64,000 nucleotides of DNA from a virus, in IMG/VR virus record IMGVR_UViG_3300001041_000002, positions 1-64,000 of that record. One strand, written 5' to 3'. Made by a program: the position numbers and the translations under genes. How positions within the stretch are numbered: the first letter of the stretch is position 1; every line of letters begins with the position of its first letter. Below, piece after piece: positions 10,475-20,809 of this stretch. The notes beneath the pieces are model-generated. The model searched no databases and was not told the DNA's origin. It worked only from the letters and a program-made list of their open reading frames with translations.

Positions 10475-10678
10475 TTATTCTGCGTATTTATTATTAATCT
10501 CTTCCTGACTAACAACATTGACTTTAGAGTTTAGAACATTTATCCAATAAAAATACTCATTGAACGCATTTTGATTTTCTTCGATTAGTTTGTTTATCTG
10601 CTTTACAACAAATTCTTTTGATACAGCACATAATTCAACTTCTTTCTCTTCAATTAATTTTTCTTCTTTAGCTTTCAT
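10475..10678 (-). CDS. Hypothetical protein
   Basis: 67-aa ORF in operon orientation. Confidence 0.5.
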   Translation of the reverse strand: MKAKEEKLIEEKEVELCAVSKEFVVKQINKLIEENQNAFNEYFYWINVLNSKVNVVSQEEINNKYAE

Positions 10679-10697
10679 AAAAATTTAATTTTAATAA

Positions 10698-11375
10698 TTA
10701 TTTAAATAAAAAATATCCACCCACTAGTCCTGCTCCAACATGAATATACCATTTGTTCCAGATGTACGACTTTTTCTTAATCGTTATTGCATTGGCGGTT
10801 GTAAATGTTGCATCCTTATCTGTTAGAGCTAGAGATATTGTTTTGTTTGTTTCTCCTATAACTTTAAAATCTACTGTGTATTTATATTTAAAATCAAGTT
10901 TGTTTAATACTACTTCTGGGTATAATGCTAAATATCCGTTTGACCATGTGCCAACCTGAGCTGTTATAGTGTCAGTCTTTGTTGTTTTAATAGTATCGTG
11001 AAGTATAACTGAACCCGAACCAATAGCCTCAAGTCTTGCGTTTAATGCAAAATTTATTTTACTTAACTTAACATTTCTATCTTTAAGCTCCTGTTTTTCA
11101 AATCCTGCTAGCTCAAGAGCTTTCTTGGCGTTACTAGACTCGATCTCTACAGCCTGAATTTTAGCGGTCAGTAAGCCACTTTTAGACTTATATATAGAAG
11201 TAGAATCTTTATACACACTAAGCTCAACTGATTTTAATTGATAATCATTTTTTAATTTATTGTTCTCAATCTTTAATAACAACAAAAATACTGCTATTAT
11301 AATTGACGCTAAAATAAAGATAGCTAACTTATAATTTGTTTTAAGCCATTTTATGGCTATTTTAATATTACTCAT
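10698..11375 (-). CDS. Membrane-anchored coiled-coil protein, spanin-like
   Basis: N-terminal TM segment, coiled coil, C-terminal hydrophobic tail; adjacent to the endolysin. Confidence 0.55.
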   Translation of the reverse strand: MSNIKIAIKWLKTNYKLAIFILASIIIAVFLLLLKIENNKLKNDYQLKSVELSVYKDSTSIYKSKSGLLTAKIQAVEIESSNAKKALELAGFEKQELKDRNVKLSKINFALNARLEAIGSGSVILHDTIKTTKTDTITAQVGTWSNGYLALYPEVVLNKLDFKYKYTVDFKVIGETNKTISLALTDKDATFTTANAITIKKKSYIWNKWYIHVGAGLVGGYFLFK

Positions 11376-11377
11376 AA

Positions 11378-11872
11378 TTATTTTACTAATGATTTTATGA
11401 TGTTACTTAGCCTAACTGCCCTATCGCCAACTTGCCTAGCCCACTTGCTATTAAGCATTTCAATAGAAGCCTCGCTCCACTTGAAGTTTTTTAATAAATC
11501 TAATGTAACTTTGAACCTAAGAAGCCTACCCATGCCAAGATTAAAACACATATTAGATATTACCAGAAGGACTTCATCTGGTACATTCTTCACCCATGGT
11601 AGTTTTTTATTTATATCTGCCATAACCTTAGATATATCGTTATCCAGTAGATACATTGCATCCTCCTTGCTTATTCCAATAGTTCTTATATGAGATATAA
11701 TCTGATCTTTACTACCCTTAAGTTTTAAGAAAAATAATTCTGAATCTGTAAACCAATTATCTCTAATATTTCTACCGACACCAATCGTTTCTATACCTTC
11801 GGTATCTTTGTATAGTTTCAACTTAAGACCCTCATCAATTATTAATTGTTTTTTAAGTTTTTCTCTATCCAT
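11378..11872 (-). CDS. Endolysin, GH24 (T4-like) lysozyme
   Basis: 'DEGLKLKLYKDTEGIETIGVG' E-D-T catalytic motif; 'NMCFNLG' and 'SKWARQVGDRA'. Confidence 0.92.
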   Translation of the reverse strand: MDREKLKKQLIIDEGLKLKLYKDTEGIETIGVGRNIRDNWFTDSELFFLKLKGSKDQIISHIRTIGISKEDAMYLLDNDISKVMADINKKLPWVKNVPDEVLLVISNMCFNLGMGRLLRFKVTLDLLKNFKWSEASIEMLNSKWARQVGDRAVRLSNIIKSLVK

Positions 11873-11937
11873 AGTACATAAATTTATTGATATATATTAA
11901 CCCTAAACTAATTTATTTATTGTTTTATGTGTTTTTA

Positions 11938-13578
11938 TTATGGATAACATTGAGTTATAGAATCAATCACCCCACTAACTACATGAACAATTTTTAAAAC
12001 AGATACAGTAGGATTAGGAAAATAAATAAAATAACCACTATCTGTTACAATATTACATGGAGAAGTATAATTATATAACTGTTCTCCTACCGTAACTGAT
12101 TCAGCTCTATATATGACTCCAAACATAGATTTATTTCCCCCTAAACCCGCTCCACAACTAATATTAGTGTATTCATCACACGCCTGACTGGCTAATGCTA
12201 AAGATCCATAAAAATCATAAATACCACAAGAACTGTTCATGGAATTGTAAAAAATAAAATAATCTTTATCGCAATTATTATCTAGCAAAGTGGTAAACTC
12301 AATTTGGTTACCATATTCAGTTCCACAGGAATTAACCGCAAAAGCTCTTGCATAGTATTTTGTTCCTTCAGTTAAAGATGCTGCATTGACCTGATATGAA
12401 CCTGTTCCACTTCCGTTAGTCAAGTAATCGTTGGCAGTAGTTGGATTTGTAGAAGTGCTCCAACAAACTCCACGAGAAGTCACGGAATGACCATTTTCTG
12501 ATATTAAATTACCGGATAATGTGGCAGATGTCCCGCCTATATTTGTAGCACTCGCAGTTGTAACCGTTGCAGTACATAGAGTTGTAAAAGTTATATCATT
12601 ACTATATGAAGTTCCAAAACTATTAGAAGCAAATGCCCTGACATGATACATTGTATTTGAACTTAAACCAGAAGCATAACAACTAAACGTACTGATACCT
12701 GAACCACATGATACTACATTATCCTCAATGTCGGGATTTACTGATGTTCCCCAACAAAAACCTCTCACAGTAACAGATGAACTACCAATTGATGTAACTT
12801 CACCTGTACAGTACGCCTGAGTATGTTGTATATCAGTTGTTGAAATATAAACTACAGATGGTGGATCAGAACCACCTAAGGCATCAGTTGTAAAGCTTAC
12901 ATCACTACCATATCCAGTTCTAATGGTATTAACTGCATATGCTCTTAAATGATAAGTTGTGCTTGGACTTAATCCAGTTGCAGCCCCTACAAAAGAAGTG
13001 TAATTACCTGAAAATGCTTGATTAGAATTATCATTAATTGTAGGATTTACTGATGTATCCCAACATACTCCAAAGTCAGTGGGAGTTATTCCACCATCAT
13101 CCGTAACTCCACCACCCCAATAAGCATATTCTGCCCCAATTTCAGTTTCGCTTGCTGCTGTTTGAACTGTTGGTGCATAAAAATTCGTACTTCCAGGGGT
13201 GTCATATGTCCACGAATCTCCATAATTTAAACCTACATTATTTATAACAAAAGTTCGAAAGTAATAATGATTGTTTGGAATTAAATAATTCACGTTAATT
13301 TGACCTTCAGTTTGTCCTAGTTGTAAGCTCGTCCAAGTATCTTGTGGATAAGTTGGGGTTGAATTATTGATACTATATAATACACCAACTAATCTATTTT
13401 TTGAAGCGGATTTTCCCCGTGTTGACGAAATATGAAATACATAAGTGGTAGAATCACTTGAAATTCCATAGTCACGTTGAACAGTTCCAAGTTTTCCTAA
13501 ATCATAAGATCGAAACCATTGTTGTGAATAGCCTTGAATTGTCAAAACTAAAAATAAGAATATTAATATTTTTTTCAT
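11938..13578 (-). CDS. FN3/Ig-like repeat protein with signal peptide
   Basis: Four repeats of 'G.CW.TS.NPT...L...T.Y..RA.A.N..G..YG....FTT'; likely start MKKILIFLFLVLTIQGYS|QQ at 13578 (ORF track start 13602). Confidence 0.8.
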   Translation of the reverse strand: MKKILIFLFLVLTIQGYSQQWFRSYDLGKLGTVQRDYGISSDSTTYVFHISSTRGKSASKNRLVGVLYSINNSTPTYPQDTWTSLQLGQTEGQINVNYLIPNNHYYFRTFVINNVGLNYGDSWTYDTPGSTNFYAPTVQTAASETEIGAEYAYWGGGVTDDGGITPTDFGVCWDTSVNPTINDNSNQAFSGNYTSFVGAATGLSPSTTYHLRAYAVNTIRTGYGSDVSFTTDALGGSDPPSVVYISTTDIQHTQAYCTGEVTSIGSSSVTVRGFCWGTSVNPDIEDNVVSCGSGISTFSCYASGLSSNTMYHVRAFASNSFGTSYSNDITFTTLCTATVTTASATNIGGTSATLSGNLISENGHSVTSRGVCWSTSTNPTTANDYLTNGSGTGSYQVNAASLTEGTKYYARAFAVNSCGTEYGNQIEFTTLLDNNCDKDYFIFYNSMNSSCGIYDFYGSLALASQACDEYTNISCGAGLGGNKSMFGVIYRAESVTVGEQLYNYTSPCNIVTDSGYFIYFPNPTVSVLKIVHVVSGVIDSITQCYP

Positions 13579-13580
13579 AA

Positions 13581-15257
13581 TTACCAAGATATTCGTGGAC
13601 AATCAAAATTACCATTAATATGTAGAATGCTTCCGTCATAAACGAATGAGAATGAATCAAATTTACTTGATCCGCTGCATAGCATGCCAGATGTATCGTA
13701 ATCTATGTTTGGGCCAAGCTCTACATCATAATTGTAGAACTTCAAGCCATAAATTGTAGCGGGATTTGTTATAAATATTGTCCCTACCGTACCAGTGTTT
13801 ACATTTAGCAACGTAATTACAGTATTGCCAGAAAGAGTGAGCGTGGCATACCTTCCGCTGTCAAGATTCCATGTTGTACTTGTCCCTGATAATGCTTGAA
13901 TAGAGTCATTGTATAATGATGTGTTAATCGTCAAAGTATCCCCACCTTTATACCATGCTGAATTATTGGTGACATAAATACTATCTTTTTCAAGATTATT
14001 ATTAAATTCACTCAAATTTATACTTGATTTTGAAACCCAATCAGGAGTGGTTGCAGTCCCATTCCCTTCATATAAATAACCGGCTGGGCCAAGCGCCCCT
14101 GATTTATGAGCATCTAATTTTAATTCAGTTCCATCTTTTTTATAGCCGGTTGAATTTACAGTTGAATGAAATGTAGCTGCTCCCGAACCTGCAAAAATTA
14201 GGGCATTTAATATTCCCAACCGTCTAATCGCAAGTTCGTTTGTGCTTGGATAATTACTGACAATACCCCACCCATCACCGGTATCGCTACCACCCTTCAT
14301 GTTTAACTGAACATATCCAGAAGAACTATTAATTGCCTGAAAAGAGTTGTTACCCGTTAAAAATGTATTTTGTGCATTAAGTTTTGCATAATTACTATCA
14401 GAAAAACCTAACCCTGCAAGCGTATAATTAGGTACATTCAAAACATTGCTAATCAATGTTGCTGCACCTGAACTGCCTGTCGTTGTGAGCGATGAAATGC
14501 GGTTTGAATAGGCACTATTCCAGTTTGTAGCAGAAGCAATTCTATTATCAGCCAATGTGCCAGTCCATCCCAATGTAAAACTAGCTGAATTAAGCAATGC
14601 GGTAGCATGAGAACCACCTAAAGTCAAAGTAACATTTGTGTCATCAGTTTTTGTAATGGCATTACCAGTAATAGTTGCCGCAGGTATTTTTTCCCAAATA
14701 GTACCGTTATAACTTACATCATCTCCAACAGCAAACGTAATATTTCCACTGCCAAAATCAGTTGTTCCCGCAGTAGTAACACGATAATACCATCCAGCAG
14801 TTCCACTGCCATCTGCTAGCGTTGGTATATTTGTAGTTGCATTCCACGTTCCTTTGTATACTGCCCCAGTAGTTGCAGAGGCCGCATATAACGAACCATC
14901 AGAATGTGTTCTTACTGCATATCCCTCATTTGTAAATCCTGTTATTTTTAAGTCTTGAGTAGCTAACTCTCCATTTATCCAAGCATTAGCTGTTTGCGCA
15001 CTAGTATTTTGATTTTGTATGTAATTATCGGGGCCACTATACCAACCAGACCACTGTCCATTTATATAGTGAAACCGAATTGAGTCTCCTTGCATTTGAA
15101 CATATACAATACTATCTTTTTGCATAATATTGCCTTTCCAAATAAAATCAGTGACTGCTATAAGTTTTTTAGTAGCTTCAACAGTAGCATTTTTAGTTTG
15201 ACCGTAAACTACAAATGACAAGACAGTTATAAATAGTGTAAATAATAATTTTTTCAT
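13581..15257 (-). CDS. Fibre-type protein with signal peptide
   Basis: Phage fibre motifs such as 'YKGTWNATTNIPTL'; N-terminus MKKLLFTLFITVLSFVVYG|Q. Confidence 0.65.
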   Translation of the reverse strand: MKKLLFTLFITVLSFVVYGQTKNATVEATKKLIAVTDFIWKGNIMQKDSIVYVQMQGDSIRFHYINGQWSGWYSGPDNYIQNQNTSAQTANAWINGELATQDLKITGFTNEGYAVRTHSDGSLYAASATTGAVYKGTWNATTNIPTLADGSGTAGWYYRVTTAGTTDFGSGNITFAVGDDVSYNGTIWEKIPAATITGNAITKTDDTNVTLTLGGSHATALLNSASFTLGWTGTLADNRIASATNWNSAYSNRISSLTTTGSSGAATLISNVLNVPNYTLAGLGFSDSNYAKLNAQNTFLTGNNSFQAINSSSGYVQLNMKGGSDTGDGWGIVSNYPSTNELAIRRLGILNALIFAGSGAATFHSTVNSTGYKKDGTELKLDAHKSGALGPAGYLYEGNGTATTPDWVSKSSINLSEFNNNLEKDSIYVTNNSAWYKGGDTLTINTSLYNDSIQALSGTSTTWNLDSGRYATLTLSGNTVITLLNVNTGTVGTIFITNPATIYGLKFYNYDVELGPNIDYDTSGMLCSGSSKFDSFSFVYDGSILHINGNFDCPRISW

Positions 15258-15260
15258 ATT

Positions 15261-18200
15261 TTAATTTGTTCTTTCTATAAAATGATAATCTATAATAACA
15301 CCAGTTAACGTTTCTCCTGAATCAATGACAAGTGAAAAACCTGTAGTTGTTAACCAATTAGAATCTACAAAATGATATTCAACATCCATTCTATTAACAT
15401 ATCCTGCACCTTCAAATGGTTCTCCATAACGATAAACCTGTAATGTTGAAACAACTGGTATAGCATTAAATGATTGTAAAAAAGTTACAGATACATTTGC
15501 ATTAGTAATTCCATCTATAATTCCAGCCTGAGGCCTAATTAGTGTTATTTGATTTTGAAGACTAGTTAAAATAGTAGTAATAGGTGTTTGTCCTCCGCCG
15601 TATGCTTCGTTATCATCGTAATAACACATTGCTTCGGTAGTCAATGCAGCCCAAGTTCCATCTGCTATTGGGGTATAAACTCCACCATCGTATCCTGTTA
15701 TCCACGAACCGTCGCGATATTTGGTCTCGTTAAGATTATCGGCTAACCATTCCTGAGTTCCAATACAAATAGTACGGTATATTTTGCCGTCGTTGCCTGT
15801 GTATGTACCTGATTGACCATTTGTAAGGGTTGTGGATGTTTTTTTTGGTCTGATACTTAGCGCGCTTTTTGTATTATCAGAATTCGTATTTCCTAAATAT
15901 GATATTCTTAGGGTGGTGTCGTTGTAAACCAATTGCGCAATATCGGCTGATATTCCATCAAATCTTAATGTTGATGTCCAAATGGAGTTAAAGTCAAGCA
16001 TGTTTGTAAATGCACCAGTAGAATAAACCCTTGATCCAGCAGCCCTTCCATTAAATTTAGTTATATTATCAGCTCCTGTATTTGGACTATTAAAGAAAAC
16101 AAATCCAGTTTCTTTTAATTTGCCTCCGGCTAAATTTGAGTATCCAAGTCCCGTTGAATCAAGATATAGCATCAGATCAGAAAAGTCTATTTTACTTGGT
16201 ATAACCCATTCATCAGAACTTAATATCTTCCTTGCGTCGGTTGCAGCGTACCAATTATAAAGGGCTCCATATTCAACTGGAGAGCCATCTAAAATGTTAT
16301 CGGTTGAGATATCGCCCAATTCATGCGTATGGCTTGTTGCTGTTAAAGCATTTTCAGTATTTGAATCAATTGTTGAAGGTAATCCTAATACAACTTCACC
16401 AGAAGCATCAATTTCAGCAAAGTCCATTCCATTTCCAGAGGTTATTGAGGATACAGTTCCACCACCAATAGCCTCAACCGTATAAAAACCCTTTATACCA
16501 TCAGAATCTGTTCCATAATATCTCAATGCTCCTGGAGTGGCCTGATCATTTACTAATCTAAGTGACGACGACAAACCAGTCCCTTCGATTGAATCCGCCA
16601 CTTCTACGTCCCAAACCCATGCAAGACCACCAAGATTTAAAGATACGGTATCCTCAACACCTACACCAAATTCATCTGTGATATGAAAGAGCGCAGCATC
16701 ATGATCTCTTTCAACGCTAGTTAATCTATAATCGGTCGGAGATCCTACGGACGTTACGCTTTTTAATGTGTTCGTTGACACATCATAAAATAACCCATCA
16801 CCAATATTTAACTTTGCAATTGACGCTGCAGCAGTTGTTGCTGACGTTCTTATATCAGAAGAAAAATCAGTTGTCCATTGGAGTTCACCATTACCAGGAG
16901 TTGACGGCGTCCACACTGGCGTTTCAATCCAACCAACGTATGGAATTTCTTTATTAACATCAATAAATATCTCATTGCCATTAGTATCAACAGTCGTTGC
17001 TATACCATCAATAAAAGTTCTTTGATTTAAAGAAAAACTATCTGCATCCTGATATGTTACAAATACGCCAGATCCAAGATCTGTTAGTGAAATATCATCA
17101 ACATCAATATTAATATGAAGACCGTCTCCATCAGAAACTACAGTATTATGTAATCCATCATTTATAGATTTAAATCTAAGATCTGCACCAGACTTATCTT
17201 TCCATAGTCCAATACCAGTACCAACATTAGATGCAGTATTGGCCTCTCCGCCACCAGCACCAGTAACCTCAATAAGAACTTGATCAGATGTTTCAGTAAT
17301 CTGTATTGTATCTGATATGAGTGGCTTAATCCATAATTTAGGATTTGCTGTAAGTGGATTTTGTATAGACCCTAATACACTCCCTGAGTATGTTGTCGAA
17401 GTAGATGGCGTTGTGTTTCCTGCAGTTGGATTTAAATCTAGATCAATATCGATAGTTTTATTGGTTCCATTATCTACAAGCAGAATTCTATCATCTATTG
17501 TGTCGATGTTTTTAAGCTGCAAATCTATTCCATCCTTTTGATAGAATAATCCAATTCCAGTTAACCCTATGTTTGTTATTGTATTATTTTGTCCAATTCC
17601 AGATGGGTCTGAATCAAGCTGATTCCACACAAAATTATCATCTGGATCTTTTGTGAACCCATAAATATGGCCATTACTATATCTTATAGCACCTTCTCCC
17701 GACCCAGTAAGATCCATCTCCCCAAGAACTATATCTCCATTGATTGATAAACGAGCGTTAACTTCATCCCATTGTAATGCAGATGAATGTGTGAATCCTC
17801 TATTACCATCATCAATATCTCCAGAAGATAATTGTATATACCCATATGTATCAACCGGTGATGCTAATGGAATAACATCTGAATTGAAAGCATTAGCTCC
17901 AAGCTGAAGAGTTATGTCTGGAACGCCATTCATATCAAAAGTCAACTTGTAATCATCAGACGTGGTGCCAACATCAACAGTGCCTTTGGTTACGTCATCT
18001 AAATAATAATTAGCTCCAGACGCAAAATCTTGCCAAACGGTTCCGTCGTAATACTGTGGTTTATATTCACCAGGAGTCAGTGTTTCAATAAATTGAAGCA
18101 TACCCCAAGACGGGCTATTTGCTACATCAAAGGTTCCAATTTTAATTTCCTGTGGAACCTCTAATCTATTATTAACCCTAAGCCAGCCAGTAGAAAAATC

Positions 18201-19031
18201 TCCATATAATAATGATCCATTTCTGAATTCAGCTTCAGTGCCATAATTTGAATTACCAACATAAAACTTATTATTAGCCGATTCTAGACGTCCAGAATAA
18301 TTTCCTATATAAACAGACCCCTCAATATTATTTGGCCCGCTAGAGCCAGAAAAATGCCCTATTCTGACGTTATTCTGAGCGGTTGTAGACCCACCATCAG
18401 TACTATCTCCAATAAACACGTTATTAACAAGATTAGCAGCGGATACTACAGATCTAGACAGACCGTTACCAATAAGAATATTTTTGTTGCCAAAATACTG
18501 CAGAACTGATTTCTTCGATACGTCAGCATTATTTCTAAACTGTATTCCAGTAAACCCAATTAGATCTATTGTTTTATTAAATCTATCAAAAGTTAGGCTT
18601 GAATCTCCACCGACAGTATCATCTTTATCAAACAATATCATGCCATTTCCAGGAAGAGCAATGTCTGCATCAATAGAGTCCTCCCAAGCCAAAGCTCCAA
18701 GTTGTAGAAACTTGGTTGTTCCACTATTCATTGTGAAAGCAACAGAGTTACCTCCTGGATACCTAGCTACAGATTTAAGATATTCCTCAACTCTCCAAGA
18801 TGGATTCTTATTGGCATCTAACTTCCAGATGTAATTGGCTCCACTAGAACTATCACCCATCGTGACATATCCATTATTTGTTTTGGAGTTTGCTAGTAAG
18901 CTTGTGTATGATACATATTTAACCTTACCAGTATTATTATCCCAAACCAACGCCTTGTCATGCTCGGTAGTACTGGGATTTCTATTAACTCCATCTATAT
19001 GAGACGTTTGTCTTATGCCCCTAAATTCCAT
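15261..19031 (-). CDS. Long tail fibre with a Fib_succ_major (FISUMP)-like domain near the C-terminus
   Basis: 1256 aa, G/T/D-rich, repeated 'N.G.GIGL...K.G.DL..K.I'; 'YGALYNW', 'GGKLKETG', 'IGTQEWLADNL'. Confidence 0.75.
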   Translation of the reverse strand: MEFRGIRQTSHIDGVNRNPSTTEHDKALVWDNNTGKVKYVSYTSLLANSKTNNGYVTMGDSSSGANYIWKLDANKNPSWRVEEYLKSVARYPGGNSVAFTMNSGTTKFLQLGALAWEDSIDADIALPGNGMILFDKDDTVGGDSSLTFDRFNKTIDLIGFTGIQFRNNADVSKKSVLQYFGNKNILIGNGLSRSVVSAANLVNNVFIGDSTDGGSTTAQNNVRIGHFSGSSGPNNIEGSVYIGNYSGRLESANNKFYVGNSNYGTEAEFRNGSLLYGDFSTGWLRVNNRLEVPQEIKIGTFDVANSPSWGMLQFIETLTPGEYKPQYYDGTVWQDFASGANYYLDDVTKGTVDVGTTSDDYKLTFDMNGVPDITLQLGANAFNSDVIPLASPVDTYGYIQLSSGDIDDGNRGFTHSSALQWDEVNARLSINGDIVLGEMDLTGSGEGAIRYSNGHIYGFTKDPDDNFVWNQLDSDPSGIGQNNTITNIGLTGIGLFYQKDGIDLQLKNIDTIDDRILLVDNGTNKTIDIDLDLNPTAGNTTPSTSTTYSGSVLGSIQNPLTANPKLWIKPLISDTIQITETSDQVLIEVTGAGGGEANTASNVGTGIGLWKDKSGADLRFKSINDGLHNTVVSDGDGLHINIDVDDISLTDLGSGVFVTYQDADSFSLNQRTFIDGIATTVDTNGNEIFIDVNKEIPYVGWIETPVWTPSTPGNGELQWTTDFSSDIRTSATTAAASIAKLNIGDGLFYDVSTNTLKSVTSVGSPTDYRLTSVERDHDAALFHITDEFGVGVEDTVSLNLGGLAWVWDVEVADSIEGTGLSSSLRLVNDQATPGALRYYGTDSDGIKGFYTVEAIGGGTVSSITSGNGMDFAEIDASGEVVLGLPSTIDSNTENALTATSHTHELGDISTDNILDGSPVEYGALYNWYAATDARKILSSDEWVIPSKIDFSDLMLYLDSTGLGYSNLAGGKLKETGFVFFNSPNTGADNITKFNGRAAGSRVYSTGAFTNMLDFNSIWTSTLRFDGISADIAQLVYNDTTLRISYLGNTNSDNTKSALSIRPKKTSTTLTNGQSGTYTGNDGKIYRTICIGTQEWLADNLNETKYRDGSWITGYDGGVYTPIADGTWAALTTEAMCYYDDNEAYGGGQTPITTILTSLQNQITLIRPQAGIIDGITNANVSVTFLQSFNAIPVVSTLQVYRYGEPFEGAGYVNRMDVEYHFVDSNWLTTTGFSLVIDSGETLTGVIIDYHFIERTN

Positions 19032-19036
19032 AGTTA

Positions 19037-19651
19037 TTAGTTATTGATCAAATATTGAATTTGAATTACATCATCTGTCTTTAAACTATAATATGTATGC
19101 CAATACATTATATTACCAACAAAATGAATACCTTCATCCTCTGGTGCTACAACTAAAACTGGATCATTATCGTTAACGGTAACTCTTATGGTGTCTGGAT
19201 CAACATCTGAAATATCAAATTCAACCTCAAACTCATCAAGATCATCTTCAGTAACAGTTATTAACTGTGATTCCCAGCTTTGATTAAATGTTTGGTATGA
19301 CACGATTATTGGTGGAACAAGTGGACTACTATAATCTTTAACTTTTTTATCTGAATCTAATTCTGCATATACAATTTCTCTGATGTCATAATTAACAAAT
19401 TCTCTAATTAAAGACGTCATTACATTCCAATCATTATCATCTATAACAACGCTACCAACATAGAGTTCATCGTCTTTTATATATACAGATTGCATAGCAT
19501 CTGAAATAAAATATAACTGACATAACTCCTTATACCACTTAATATTAGAACTACTTCCAATTGAAAGCATGTCTGCATACTTGTCTAAGTAGTATAAATA
19601 TATCCTTTTAGCTAAGTCAAGTTCTGAGCTTATGGTTTCCTGTGATATCAT
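19037..19651 (-). CDS. Putative tail hub / fibre-attachment protein
   Basis: Directly upstream of the tail fibre; assignment by position only. Confidence 0.4.
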   Translation of the reverse strand: MISQETISSELDLAKRIYLYYLDKYADMLSIGSSSNIKWYKELCQLYFISDAMQSVYIKDDELYVGSVVIDDNDWNVMTSLIREFVNYDIREIVYAELDSDKKVKDYSSPLVPPIIVSYQTFNQSWESQLITVTEDDLDEFEVEFDISDVDPDTIRVTVNDNDPVLVVAPEDEGIHFVGNIMYWHTYYSLKTDDVIQIQYLINN

Positions 19652-19652
19652 A

Positions 19653-20183
19653 TTAAATGTTTAGAATCATTTTTTGTAATGCCAGTAACCTCTTATTGAA
19701 TTTTATTTCCCTAGACGATACATTTGTGGTATCTAAATATCCAAGTCCTTTTAAAAACATTGCATATTGACAATACTTCTGTGCATCAAATTTATCCTCT
19801 TCTGGAACATGTAGTCCATTAATTTTACTCCACACTGCATATGTTATATCGGCGTATATCCCGAATCCAGAATAATTACTTACATAAGTACCAGTATTTG
19901 CTGAAATTCTTATAGTCCACCAACCATCATTAATATTTATCAACCCAACAAGATCCGTGAATAATATTTCCACAAACCCATCGGCAATAAAAGCAGCCTC
20001 CTGAAGTTCTGTCATGGTATATACTGGATATGAAGGAGTAGATAATGACGACCCATATACTGATATAGTTATATCATCTAGCACCGACCTGGAAACACCA
20101 AGTCCAGCCCAATCTGTTTGATCAGTAATCTCTATGCCAGTTTGATTTGAATTACTTGAAGCGTATATAGTTATTGTTGCCAT
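19653..20183 (-). CDS. Putative tail hub / structural protein
   Basis: Assignment by position only. Confidence 0.4.
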   Translation of the reverse strand: MATITIYASSNSNQTGIEITDQTDWAGLGVSRSVLDDITISVYGSSLSTPSYPVYTMTELQEAAFIADGFVEILFTDLVGLININDGWWTIRISANTGTYVSNYSGFGIYADITYAVWSKINGLHVPEEDKFDAQKYCQYAMFLKGLGYLDTTNVSSREIKFNKRLLALQKMILNI

Positions 20184-20184
20184 G

Positions 20185-20448
20185 TTATTTTTTTTTATTT
20201 CTATCCTTTAACCAAAGTAAAAACCTAATAAGAACAGTTACCCCAACCATTATTGATATTCCATAGGAAACCAATGTAAAAACCTCTAAAAGACTAGTCA
20301 TTGCTGATTGTTCTATTGATTTGTTTAAAATTTCTGGATTAACAGCGTTAGCCAATGTTCCAGTTATACTTAATGAAAACGTTGTTAAAACTCTTGTCTG
20401 GATGTCTTTCCAGAAATCAGAGGACATAAAATCTAGGATCATATTCAT
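20185..20448 (-). CDS. Holin-like small membrane protein
   Basis: 87 aa, hydrophobic segments, basic C-terminus KDRNKKK. Confidence 0.5.
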   Translation of the reverse strand: MNMILDFMSSDFWKDIQTRVLTTFSLSITGTLANAVNPEILNKSIEQSAMTSLLEVFTLVSYGISIMVGVTVLIRFLLWLKDRNKKK

Positions 20449-20466
20449 TTCTTAAAAAATTAATTA

Positions 20467-20474
20467 CAAAGTTA
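20467..20474 (-). promoter_or_regulatory. Bacteroidota-type -7 promoter element
   Basis: TAACTTTG upstream of the ORF starting at 20448. Confidence 0.55.
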
Positions 20475-20525
20475 AACTATTATTCTATTGCCTTAATATA
20501 AATTATTTATGTTTATATTTTCTAT

Positions 20526-20798
20526 TCAGTCATCAGTAGAATCCTTTTTGCCTAATTTAAACCCTATTATTTTATCAACCGATTCTTTTGTTATTGCACC
20601 GATAACGAAGGCAATAATTCCAACAATACCCCAAAATATTTGCATATGAATTGAATCGTTTGCCCACTTTCCATCACGGGCAGCAAAAACAATTACTACA
20701 AGTAAATATGATGCTACAAACCCAATTGCCCTCTTTGACGAAGCTACGCCAACGACATCTTCAAAGAATCCGGCGAACCATTTAATTATTGTTTTCAT
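20526..20798 (-). CDS. Holin-like two-TM protein
   Basis: 'SSKR' motif followed by two TM helices. Confidence 0.55.
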   Translation of the reverse strand: MKTIIKWFAGFFEDVVGVASSKRAIGFVASYLLVVIVFAARDGKWANDSIHMQIFWGIVGIIAFVIGAITKESVDKIIGFKLGKKDSTDD

Positions 20799-20809
20799 GA
20801 TATTAATTT

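Noticed and set aside
15610-16271. Diversity-generating retroelement targeting the FISUMP-like domain
   Set aside because: No reverse transcriptase or template repeat is visible in this window.
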